DNA of 62,732 nucleotides, filler included, from Fonticula-like sp. SCN 57-25 (taxonomy: Eukaryota): NCBI GenBank assembly GCA_001724245.1. It is 6 parts of 6 records of this genome, joined end to end, with 100 filler letters (N's around TTAATTAATTAA, not from the genome) between each part and the next. Parts side by side here need not be neighbours in the genome. Positions count along the whole stretch, not along the records: positions 43,862 to 53,259 come from MEDX01000257.1; positions 53,360 to 62,732 come from MEDX01000258.1; 4 more parts are not named here. One strand, written 5' to 3'. How positions within the stretch are numbered: position 1 is the first letter of the stretch; each line of letters starts with the position of its first letter. The notes beneath the pieces are model-generated. The model did no database searches. It was not told where the DNA came from and was given only the letters and a program-made list of their open reading frames with translations. Shown here piece by piece: positions 45,162-56,241 of the stretch. The position numbers and the translations under genes were made by a program.

Positions 45162-46583
45162 TTAGCGGATGGTGAGGGTGTTGGCGAGGTCGGCCTTCTT
45201 GGCGCCGCCGCGGATGGGCATGCCAGCGGCAGCCGCACCCTTGGCGGTCTCGGCGATCGGCTCAAAGCAGCGCCAAAAGCGGAGGGTCTCGTCGGCGGCA
45301 GCGGTGGCGACGGTGGTGCCGTCGGGGCTGATGGCCATGTGGAGCACACGCTGGGTGTGGCCGGTGAGGTCGGCCACCTTGGTCATGTTCGAGTACTTCC
45401 AGATCGAGAGCTGGTTGTGGGCAAAGCCGTGCGACGAGACGAGCTCGCGGTGCTCGGCGTTGAAGACGATCGAGCACACCTGCGACTTGGTGTCGACGGC
45501 GTTGAGGCACGCGCCCGACTGAGTGTTCCAGAGGCGAATGTGGCGGTCGTTCGAGCCCGCGCCCGAGGCGAGCACACCCTGCTGCCACGGGCACCAGGCG
45601 AGCGCCTTGACGGCAGCGCGGTGCTGCGTCAGGCGGAGGCGGGGGGCCTCGGCGGTGAGCGGGCCGTCCCAGATGTTGAGGATGTTGTCGTTGCCGCCAG
45701 AGGCGAGCTGCGTGCCGTCCGGCGACCACTTGAGGCCGCACACCTCCAGGCTGTGCGCCTGGACAGAGGCGACAAGGTGGTCGCGCACGCGAACGTCGCT
45801 GTGGTGAAGGTAGCCGTCGCGGGCGCCAGTGGAAAGAATGTGCTGGTTCCACGAGCTCGATGCGACGCGGGCATTGTGGCCGCGCATCGTGCGGAGCTGC
45901 TTCTGGCGCGAAACGTCCCAAAGCTGAACCTCGGCATTGTTCGTGCCGACGGCGAGGGTGGCGCCGCCAGCGGCCCAGCTGACAGAGGTAACGTGGTCGT
46001 TCTCGGCGGTGGTCATGAGCTCGGTGATGTCCTGAGTGGTGTAGTTCCACAGGTAGATCGTGCGGCCGAGGGCAATGGCAACGACATTGTCGTCGTTCCA
46101 GTCGAGAAGGTTGAGGTAGTAGTCATCGAGCAGCTCCGGGGCGTCGAGGACGCGCTCGGGCTTCTGCGGGATGCTGCGGGTCTTGGCGGCCTGGCGGGCG
46201 GGGCGGTTCTGGTTGTACAGCACGCGGGTGCCGTTCGTGTAGCCGTCCTTGGGCGCAGGCGCCTTCTTGGAGTAGGCGAGGATCTTGCTAGACTCGGAGC
46301 CCTGGGACAGAGCGTCGCCGACCTCCGCGCGGTACTGCAGGCGGCCGGGGCTCAGGATGTCCTCAGTCTCATCAGAGCACGACGGACGAGTCAGCTCATA
46401 GTGGTTCAGGTCAAGATCCATGGCCTCGCGCGAGGGGATGAAGCGGTCAGTCGAGGGAGACGACGAACCGGCGCGAGCCTCCAAGGCCTTGCGCTGCCAG
46501 CGGGGCATGGCAGCGTTCTTGAGGGGGGTAGAAAAACGAACAGCATTGTCCATGTCCAACTCGGCGTGGCCGCGGAAGTCCAT
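45162..46583 (-). CDS. CDC20: APC/C activator Cdc20
   Basis: PRWQRK, C-box DRFIPSR, KILAY, LDAPELLDDYYLNLLDW, WD40 repeats and an IR tail. Confidence 0.96.
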   Translation of the reverse strand: MDFRGHAELDMDNAVRFSTPLKNAAMPRWQRKALEARAGSSSPSTDRFIPSREAMDLDLNHYELTRPSCSDETEDILSPGRLQYRAEVGDALSQGSESSKILAYSKKAPAPKDGYTNGTRVLYNQNRPARQAAKTRSIPQKPERVLDAPELLDDYYLNLLDWNDDNVVAIALGRTIYLWNYTTQDITELMTTAENDHVTSVSWAAGGATLAVGTNNAEVQLWDVSRQKQLRTMRGHNARVASSSWNQHILSTGARDGYLHHSDVRVRDHLVASVQAHSLEVCGLKWSPDGTQLASGGNDNILNIWDGPLTAEAPRLRLTQHRAAVKALAWCPWQQGVLASGAGSNDRHIRLWNTQSGACLNAVDTKSQVCSIVFNAEHRELVSSHGFAHNQLSIWKYSNMTKVADLTGHTQRVLHMAISPDGTTVATAAADETLRFWRCFEPIAETAKGAAAAGMPIRGGAKKADLANTLTIR

Positions 46584-47030
46584 GGCTATATAAAAAGAAA
46601 AAAAGAAAACAAAACACAAAACAAACACAAAGAGAGAGCGCGTGTAGTGGGCGTGGACCTACTCGAGACTTTTCGGCTGATGAACTCGAAAGCACTGATG
46701 TACTTTCAAGAACAAAAGGAAAGAGGCAGGGAAAGAAAGACCACGAGCGCAATTTATACTTCCGCAAATTTCGACGTTCAAGGTGGTTTTCGTCTCTGAC
46801 GGTTCCGAACTAACATGAGATAACTAGAGAATTCTAACGATCGTCACCATAAAGTTGAGACGAAACGTGGGAAAAGAAAAATGTCGTAACGGTCGAATCA
46901 GCTTATTTTTCTGATTGGAATCAGCGAATCGGGGTTTGAAACCGACCGGATATATCGGACGTTCAAAGGAAACCGCGGCCGGGTTTCATACCAGCATCGT
47001 CGCGCGTGTTTGATTTCAGTCAGCGGCAGA

Positions 47031-47678
47031 ATGGTACGCATCGCAACGTCGCACTTCTAATTGCTCGTCATCGCTGACGCGCCGCTGAATTGATAGGCGA
47101 CCATCCAGGATTCCGAGATCAGCGGTATGTTTCTCGCCATTTGTTTCGGTTTGACTGACGGCATCCGCAGAGTACTTTGCGCTTGTGGACTCGTCGGGCT
47201 CTGGCAAGATCAGCGGCGACCAGATTGAGGTTCTCCTGCGCGCCCTCGGCCACAACCCCAGCAAGGACGAGATCCAGCGTACGATGCCATAGCATTCTCT
47301 ATTCTATCAGTTCTCTAAACGTCCGGGCATCTAGGCTATGGCACCGTTGATCTCAAGGGCTTCAAGGCGATCGTGCCCAAGCAGCGCGCCTCGATCAGCA
47401 AGGACGCCATCCGCACCGCCGTGACGACGCTCAATGCCAAGGAGAGCAGCAGCCAGGTCGTCTCGAAAGACTTTTTGCGCCGCCTCTTGACACAAATCGG
47501 CGACAAGCTCACCGACGCCGAGTTTGAAGAGTTTATCAGCGACCCGGCTCTCGAGGTGACCTCTGACGGCCGCGTCAACATTAAGAGTGCGCACTTGTTT
47601 TACTTTATATTTGATTGCGCTTTGAATGATCGGCTCACACTTGCTCTTGCAGATCTCGTTGACGTTCTCGGCGTGTAA
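47031..47678 (+). CDS. Myosin light chain / calmodulin-like EF-hand protein (5 exons)
   Basis: FALVDSSGSGKI...LLRALGHNPS and LLTQIGDKLTDAE...DGRVN. The first coding exon is ATG only. Confidence 0.85.
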
Positions 47679-48038
47679 GGCGCATCTCTTTTTGTCCTTT
47701 TTGTGGTCTATTCTATTACCTTTCATGTTTTCCTTTAATCTATTGCATTCAGCACGAATATGTTGGCCCTTTTGTTTTGCCTATTGATTTGGTTGTCCAT
47801 GGCCGCACCGGCATGCGGAGATGATCGCGGTCAGAATGCCAGTGGTCAAAACGCCTGTTGACTTGATCATTGACACCGGCTCTGCATTATCAAAAGCTGC
47901 GTAACATTAAAAAGAGCACCGCGGCTTCCCACTCTAGCCAAATGCACTGCTTTATATTCACTGCTGCATGTCTTGTACACATGCCGCACGACCGTTCGCG
48001 CCAAATTTCAGACAAACTTGTCCACGTGGCCAATAATC

Positions 48039-49110
48039 ATGGGAGGGAACGATGGCAAGCGCTGCCGTGTGCCGGATCTCAAGACAGTCACCAAGGTGCG
48101 CCGCCTTTCCTTTTGCTTCTCTCTGTGCCTCATTGGTCTGACGCCATGTCTGTAGCGTCGGCGGATGACGCAGTCGCTTTCCGAAGGGATGCGCGGCGTT
48201 CTCATTACGTGCGCCAAGGGCCGCGAGCGGCGATGCGCCGACGAGTGCCTTGATCTCTTTGAAGAAGTGCGCTTTTCCATCATCCCCATGCTTTCTCACC
48301 ATCCTCTTTGCCTTTCCAGCTCACCAAGACTGCGACTGTTCGCCGCCGCCCCTCTGTCGCGCTCGCCATGGAGACCGGCAAGAGCTTCCAGGACATGTTT
48401 GAAGCCGAGCTCGCCGATCTCAAAGCCCCCAAGGCCGCGTCCGATGCCGTGAGCCGCTTCAGCGAAGTCAATGTCCACATGGACTGCGTTGTGTTCATCA
48501 GCTTCCCCGATGACGTCGATCCCACCGCGCTCGTGATGCAGCTCCTCCGCGATGTCGATGCCACCAAGAAGCCGCGCACCGTGCACTGCCTCCGCATGGT
48601 GCCGATCGAGCGCGTCTGCCGCGCCACCGAGTGGTCCGCCTGCGAAGAAATGATCAAGGAAGTCGTTGCCAAGCACTTTACCGCCGACGCGCCGACGTCG
48701 TTCGCCGTCGTGTTCAACTCGCGGAACAGCAGCAACTTTGACCGCGAGGAGACAATCAAAAAGCTCGCGGGCATCGTCGGAAGGCCCCACAAGGTCAACC
48801 TGTCGGCGCCCGAAAAGCACATCATATTCGAAAACATGATGGTACGATATTTGCATGTCTTTTTGTATGCTTTTGTGTGCTAAAAATGCCGTAGGGATTC
48901 GTGCTGTCGAGTGTCGTGGAAGAGTACAACAAGCTGAAAAAGTTTAATCTTACACAAATTGTGGCGCCGATGCCAAAGGACGCGGCGGCAAAGGCGGCCG
49001 AGGGCGCCGCCAAGGAGGCAAAGGAAGAGGCTAAGGAGGCAAAGGAGGAGGCAAAGGAGGAGGCGAAGGAGGCTACGACAGGTAGCGGGGACAAGCCAGA
49101 GAGCGCGTAA
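48039..49110 (+). CDS. THUMPD1: THUMP-domain protein (THUMPD1/Tan1)
   Basis: GMRGVLITC, RMVPIERVC, FAVVFNSRNS, HKVNLSAP and KFNL, with an EAKE-repeat tail. Confidence 0.9.
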
Positions 49111-49709
49111 TATTGATGTTCAGTGGTATATGTGACATTAGTGAATAAATTTGCTTGATATATTCGAGATTGAAAGGCGGAAAGTAAAGTGACATTGATA
49201 AAACATTGAAAAACACATCTAAGAAGCGACACTTTCAGACATTAGATCTTGAGTATCAGATAGTGCTTCACATATGTACATGCGAGACACACTCAATGCT
49301 TCATATCATGTGATAAGGTACATTTTATGTTGTGTTTGAAGTGACACAGCAGGTCACAAGTCTTGTCACAGAAGAAGGTACATTCAATAAATTTATTCAG
49401 ATCGTCCATATTGGCCCATGTTTAGCAAACTTTATATCTAGATTGACACTAGAGTCACTAAACAGTATCAGCATGTAGCCCTTGATATGCTGCATCTTTC
49501 ATGCATGTTTGTGCCTTCTAGACCCTCGCAATAGGCACCGACAGTAAACACAGCAAAAGGCTTCATAAACTGGAATGGCGTCATGTGACCCACACCTTTT
49601 TCATCCAATTATAATCAAGCAATTATCCCATCGTCCAATCAGAGGCTGTTTATATCCGACGCCGTTTCTTTTGCCAGGGCCGCGCCTCGCCAGCTGTCTT
49701 GCCGCCACC

Positions 49710-51071
49710 ATGAGCCGCATGTTTACGCGTTCGAACGCGTCCTCTGACGACGCGTCGTTTGAGAGCGTCCTTAAGCGCAAGGAGGGCGAGATGCGCCAAA
49801 TGTTTAATCTTCTCGACTCTGATGGCAAGGGATTTGTGTCGCGCGATACGCTGTGCAGCGTGCTTGAGGCGGCCGGCATCGACCCCAGCCGCCAGGTGAT
49901 CGTCGACGAGCTTGATGCCGTGACGGATAACAGCGACCACGTCGAGTTCCGCCGCTTCTGCGACGTTCTTTCGGGCTCCTTCCGCGCCGAGAGCCTCCAA
50001 AAGACGCTCACTGGCGGGCTCGCCATCCCCAGCTTCCGCGAGTTCTGCGAGGACCTGACGCAGATCTTTGAAGAGATCCGCGGCGACAACCGCGGCGAGG
50101 TCGCGTCGTACATCCCCGAGCTCGCCAACGTCGACCCGGAAAAGTTTGCCTTTGCGATCTGCACCGTCGACGGGCAGGTGTTTGGCTACGGCGATGCCGA
50201 CGAGGAGTTTGGCCTGCAGTCGTGCGCCAAGCCGTTCACCTACTGCCTCGCATGCGAAGAGGTACGCGGCTGTTTTTTGCCTTTCTTTGTCTTTTTCACC
50301 TTCTAATGACCCTTTTAGCACGGCGTTCGCGAGGTCCACAAGTGGGTCGGCCGCGAGCCCTCTGGCGTCGCCTTCAACGCCTTCACGCTCAACCGCGACA
50401 ACAAGCCGCACAACCCCATGATCAACGCCGGCGCCTTTATCACGCACTGGCTCGTCAAGCAAGACCTGCGCGCGAGCAAGCGCACCTCTCACATTCTTCA
50501 GACCTTCAAGGGCATCGCCGGCGGCAACAAGATCGGCTTTGACCAGCCCACTTTCCTCAGCGAGCGCGAGACTGCCAACAAAAATTTTGCGCTCGGCTAC
50601 TTTATGAAGAGCCTCAACGCGTGGCCGTCGACCGTCAATGTCGAGTCTGAGCTCGAGTTTTACTTTCAGGTGTGCTCGACGACCGTCACGGCGCGCACGC
50701 TGGCCGTCATGGCGTCGACGCTCGCGATGGGCGGCACGTGCCCGCTCACGCTCGAGCACATCTTTGCGCACGACAACGTAAAGTCGTGCCTCCAGCTCAT
50801 GATGTCGTGCGGAATGTACGACTACTCGGGCGAGTGGGCGTGCACGATCGGGCTGCCGGCAAAGAGCGGCGTGTCGGGATGCCTTTTGGTTGTTATTCCG
50901 AACGTGATGGGGATCGCCATCTGGAGCCCAAAGTTGGACGATAGAGGGAATACGTACAGGGGGATCAAGTTTTGCGAGAGGCTGACGGAAAAGTACTCGC
51001 TCAGCATCTTTGATCAGCTCATGGCGACATCAAGCAGCAAGATCGACCCGACCGCGCGCGCGGATCTCTAG
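49710..51071 (+). CDS. GLS: Glutaminase (GLS family) with an N-terminal EF-hand-like region
   Basis: VASYIPELA, QSCAKP (SxxK), NPMINAGA and SCGMYDYSG...GLPAKSGVSG. The start context is GCCGCCACCATG and there is one intron. Confidence 0.93.
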
Positions 51072-51300
51072 ACGATGCAGAGCGATCGTGGAAATATGAC
51101 AGTTTATATTAGTCAATTAGTTTTTGCACTGTTTTTTGCACGGTTTTCTGCGGTTTTCTGCGCTTTTTGTTGCTTAAGTATGTCAAGTTCAATATCCATA
51201 CGGTTTCAATGTTTCTTTTGTGTTGAATCATCAAACTTATGTACAAGGCGACAACAAAAAAAGAGGCAGAATAGCGGGTACAAACGACGACAAAACACAC

Positions 51301-51932
51301 TTATTTACTCTCGGCGTCCTTGGGAACGCCGTACTTTTCGCGGACCTTTTCCAACTCTTCGCGCTTCTGCGCAATGTCGAGCTTCTTGGTCTGCTTGGTG
51401 GGCTGGTGATAGAGCACGACGAGATGGCGGCCGCCAACCTGGAAGCCAGAAAGGTGATCGCACGCATTCTAAAAGGAACGTTAGATATAAATGAAGAGGA
51501 AAAGAAGCGGCGGCGCACCTTGGCATCGAAAATGTCCTCGTAGACGACGAAAGCAGTGCCGCGCGTCGACGGGGCATCGCCACTATCAGGCAAGGAGATT
51601 AGACCGCGAGGTAAAGCAACACAATAAAGAGGCGCGGGACGTACAGGCGAATCTGCCGAATGGCGCCGTACTTGCCGAAAATGTCGTACATTTCCTCTGC
51701 GGAAATCTTAAAGGGGAGATTTCTGCGGCGAAATGTCAGCCACCGAAAGAGATCCTCAACAAAAAAGAGTCGTACTTTACGTAGAGCGCGCGGTTCACCT
51801 CCGGAGGCAAACGCGTCTAATAGGCAACATGTGTCAGTACGCGTTCAACCCAGCTTACCCAGAAAAAGTTTCCAATAAATAAAGCAAGGCACGCACCGTC
51901 CGCGGGACGCCCATCTTGCCGGCCAACGCCAT
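51301..51932 (-). CDS. SF3B6: Splicing factor 3B p14 (5 exons)
   Basis: [31 protein letters not shown] and [15 protein letters not shown]. Confidence 0.95.
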
Positions 51933-52070
51933 CGTAGCGAGACAAGTTAGAAACTGCCCCTCAAGTGAACATCGCCAAACCGTGACATCATCATTTGTGG
52001 GTTACGTGGCCTGTACGTGGCGGACCTTGGCCCAGCGAGGGCGGCGCATGCGGGGCGGATCGAGTTAAGC

Positions 52071-53259
<1,189 letters not shown>

Positions 53260-53359
53260 NNNNNNNNNNNNNNNNNNNNNNNNNNNNNNNNNNNNNNNNN
53301 NNNTTAATTAATTAANNNNNNNNNNNNNNNNNNNNNNNNNNNNNNNNNNNNNNNNNNNN
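53260..53359. other. Artificial contig linker
   Basis: N44-TTAATTAATTAA-N44. Confidence 0.99.
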
Positions 53360-53515
53360 GTCGGAGCACTCCTTGTCGAGGCCGCGGTTAAAGTGAATGT
53401 CGGCAAACTGGGTGATCTTGAACGAGCCATTCTCGCCCATGCGCATCTGCAGGTTGGCAGCGGCCGCAACGGCGGCGAGGCCGAGGACGACCACGGCAAG
53501 CGAGCGGGCAGCCAT
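53360..53515 (-). CDS. Secreted metallophosphoesterase (Dcr2/purple acid phosphatase-like), N-terminus only
   Basis: Signal peptide followed by GSFKITQFADIH. Confidence 0.75.
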
Positions 53516-53857
53516 GGCGGACAGGGTAGAGTGAGCTACGGTGCGCGCGTGCTTCCGGCGTATGTTGATAGCGAGCGACCAATCATCGACGAGAATGACT
53601 GCACGCTCTCAATACACATGCCGACCTTGAACAACGCCATTGGTCGAACCGAGAACGGAAGGAAACGGGAGAGGCAGAGGCAAAAAGGCCAAAACCTGCC
53701 TACTTATGTATGTTTCTAATAGGCACATTATTACACGGCCATAAATTTCCTCATGCATCATAAAATTCAGGCTCAATAAACTTGCATTGCTAATGGTACA
53801 TGGCTCAAACATATTATGCGAAACCAACAAACGAAAATAATACATGCATAAAGCGCC

Positions 53858-54469
53858 TTACTTGCGCCCGCCCTGCTCAAGGTGCGTCGCCACAATCGAG
53901 CGCAGGTACGAATTTTCCCCTTCCAGCGACTGGATCTTGGCCAGCATCTCCATCCGCTCGCGCTCGAGCACCGCAACGCGCTCAGCGTTCATCTTCTCTG
54001 CCGTGCGGCGCTTGAGGCGCGACCGGCACGCCGAGTCGTTGTTGTTCTTGCGGCGGCGAATGTACTTTTCGCGCTCGGGCGACACAGCGTCCTCGCCAGG
54101 CGAGGGGCTGTTGCCGCGCGTCGGCGGCGGCGAGGGGCCGGCAGCATCGACGGGCGAGCTCGCCTCAGAGGACGAGGGAGCCCAGCCAGTGTTGCGGTTC
54201 AGCATCTCGTCCATCGGCGACTGCAGCGGCGCGGCTAGGCCGAGCGGCGCGGGCGCAGAGTGCGCGCCGCTAAAGTAGTCCAGCGGCGCGGCGGCGGGCG
54301 AGGCGAGGAGGAGGGGAAAGGCGGCCGGGGTCGTGGCGCCGAAAGAGATCGGCGCCTTAACATAGGCCGCATCGGTCTCGATGAGGAGATCGGGCTCGTT
54401 GAAAGGGAGGTCATTGTCAGAGTCGGGGAACAGAGAGGCAGGGACACAGTCGTAGGTCAAGATCGGCAT
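53858..54469 (-). CDS. C/EBP/PAR-like bZIP transcription factor (start uncertain: 54469, 54642 if spliced, or 54685 if unspliced)
   Basis: EKYIRRRKNNNDSACRSRLKRR basic region followed by a heptad zipper. Confidence 0.85.
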   Translation of the reverse strand: MPILTYDCVPASLFPDSDNDLPFNEPDLLIETDAAYVKAPISFGATTPAAFPLLLASPAAAPLDYFSGAHSAPAPLGLAAPLQSPMDEMLNRNTGWAPSSSEASSPVDAAGPSPPPTRGNSPSPGEDAVSPEREKYIRRRKNNNDSACRSRLKRRTAEKMNAERVAVLERERMEMLAKIQSLEGENSYLRSIVATHLEQGGRK

Positions 54470-54482
54470 CTCGGTGGTGGGG

Positions 54483-54685
54483 CTAAATACACCACTCACG
54501 GACGCGGCCATCCACATCGGCGAGGTCGAGACCGCCAAAGCGGCGGCTCGACCGCGAGAGCTTGGCATCGACAGCGACCTGCAGGTGAAAAGGTCAGAGG
54601 ACAGATCTCCACAGAAAGGAAAGCGTACATTGGCGACGGCATGGGGGCCGACAGCGGCGTGGAAGAAAGAGGATGAGGGAGACAT
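54483..54685 (-). CDS. Spliced 50-codon upstream ORF of the bZIP gene (intron 54579-54628)
   Basis: GTACGC donor, CTGAC branch point and CAG acceptor give 19+32 codons ending in TAG, 13 nt before ATG 54469. Confidence 0.55.
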
Positions 54686-55074
54686 TCTTCAACAACGGGG
54701 TGGGAGAAGGTGCTCGCGGAAAAGGAAGCCGTGCTGCTCGAGGTTCGAGGCAGTGACAACAAGAGGCTAGTGGCTCGAATTACAGAGAGGCACTAGCGGG
54801 GGGGAGTGGGGATCTGATCGCTGCTGGGCCGGCAAAGGTGTGCGGGACGAGCAGGCGAAAGAGATCGCACTGAAGAGGGCGGCAGCGTGGAGATCTGCAC
54901 AATACAATACACCGACGGTGAACAGAAGACAGATGCCCTTTTCCAGCGCGCTGGTACAGCGGCGCTACTTGAGGGAAAAACGGCGTTCTCTGCTTGTGCT
55001 GCAAGGTCAAAGTGGAGCGCGACACGCTTTGGCACGTCAACTTATACGGAGTTCAGTGAACGCCCTGCACGTTT

Positions 55075-55125
55075 ACCACAAGGTCGCTTTTCCCAATTGT
55101 TGACTGGGAAAAGGGACCTTGTGGT
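55075..55125. repeat. 21-bp inverted repeat (1 mismatch, 9-nt loop)
   Basis: ACCACAAGGTCgCTTTTCCCA / TGGGAAAAGgGACCTTGTGGT. Confidence 0.95.
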
Positions 55126-55129
55126 CAAA

Positions 55130-55157
55130 ATGACGTCATAACCCCGTATTGCGCAAT
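55130..55157. promoter_or_regulatory. Adjacent perfect CRE (ATGACGTCAT) and C/EBP (ATTGCGCAAT) palindromes
   Basis: At 55130-55139 and 55148-55157, upstream of the bZIP gene. Confidence 0.65.
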
Positions 55158-55391
55158 GCCCAATCCCAAAATGGACGAAATCGACTAATTAGGACGAGCT
55201 GTGACAAGCCTGTGGTATATTTATAGAATGATGGTGACAGGCGGCAGATTTGAATGCAATGCATCTTCAGGTCACCATTGTACAGCAGTCAGCAAAACAG
55301 AAGGCAATAGAACATTCAACTACCGGCATCTGGCGCCAAGCCACTCTGCCCGCGTCTCTTCTAGTTTGCGCTCCGGTCATCTTTATGGGGG

Positions 55392-56140
55392 ATGCCGATC
55401 TCGCTAGCCGGCCCAGCCATTGTCGTTAATCAATTTGTGGAGGCCCGCAACATCGAATGCAAATGGGGATCCCTTGCTCCAAAAACATGCGATCTTTCAA
55501 AAGACTTGCCCGCACAGACAACCTTCTTTTGGATTCATGACTTTTGCCGCTATCCGCATGGCGATAACGAGAAGCCTGTGCGTTTTCCTTTCATTCCGTG
55601 TCCTATGCTGATCAACGTTGACAGGTTTTTCGGCGCGTTAGTTTTCAAGTCGACCGTCCATTTGATAGCATGAATGAGTGTGTCCGCTATATAGCAGCGA
55701 CCTGTCCTTCCAAAAAGCTGTTTAAGCCCCACTCTGGATTAATGCATACTGGCGTATCGTCTTCAGATATTTATATTTCCTTCGCAGAAACGTGGTTTAA
55801 TGAAGCATTGGATGGTTTTTTATCCTCTGCTCGCTATGTGGCCACGCTCGCCAGGTCTTTCTTTGTGCCGCCATTTTCATTCACTCCATCTACGATGAAT
55901 CTCGCAGGTCCACCTGCAAGCACCAAGCGCGTCGAGCAGGACGGCAGTGCGCTTACGCCAAATCTCGCTGGTTCATCTGCAAGTACCAAGAGCGTTGAAC
56001 AGGACGGCAGTATCCTTACGCCAAAGCTCCAGGAGTTTTATGATTTTTACTACGTAGACGATCGGTATGCAGACTACATATCTGATCCATACGACGACGA
56101 TGACGACGTCGGTTGCCCATGTTCCATAATGTACATGTAA
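55392..56140 (+). CDS. Orphan protein (~233 aa, 47-nt intron at 55578-55624) with an internal 21-aa duplication
   Basis: A GTGCGT...CAG intron joins two ORFs in frame. The 63-bp repeat lies at 55898-56023. Confidence 0.5.
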
Positions 56141-56241
56141 TAATTCACTTTCAATATTGAAGCATTGTGTTTCATTTCCCACAAAAATATTCCATGCAAT
56201 GCGCCAGTTGAACAAGAGTATAATATTATTAAAAGGCAACT

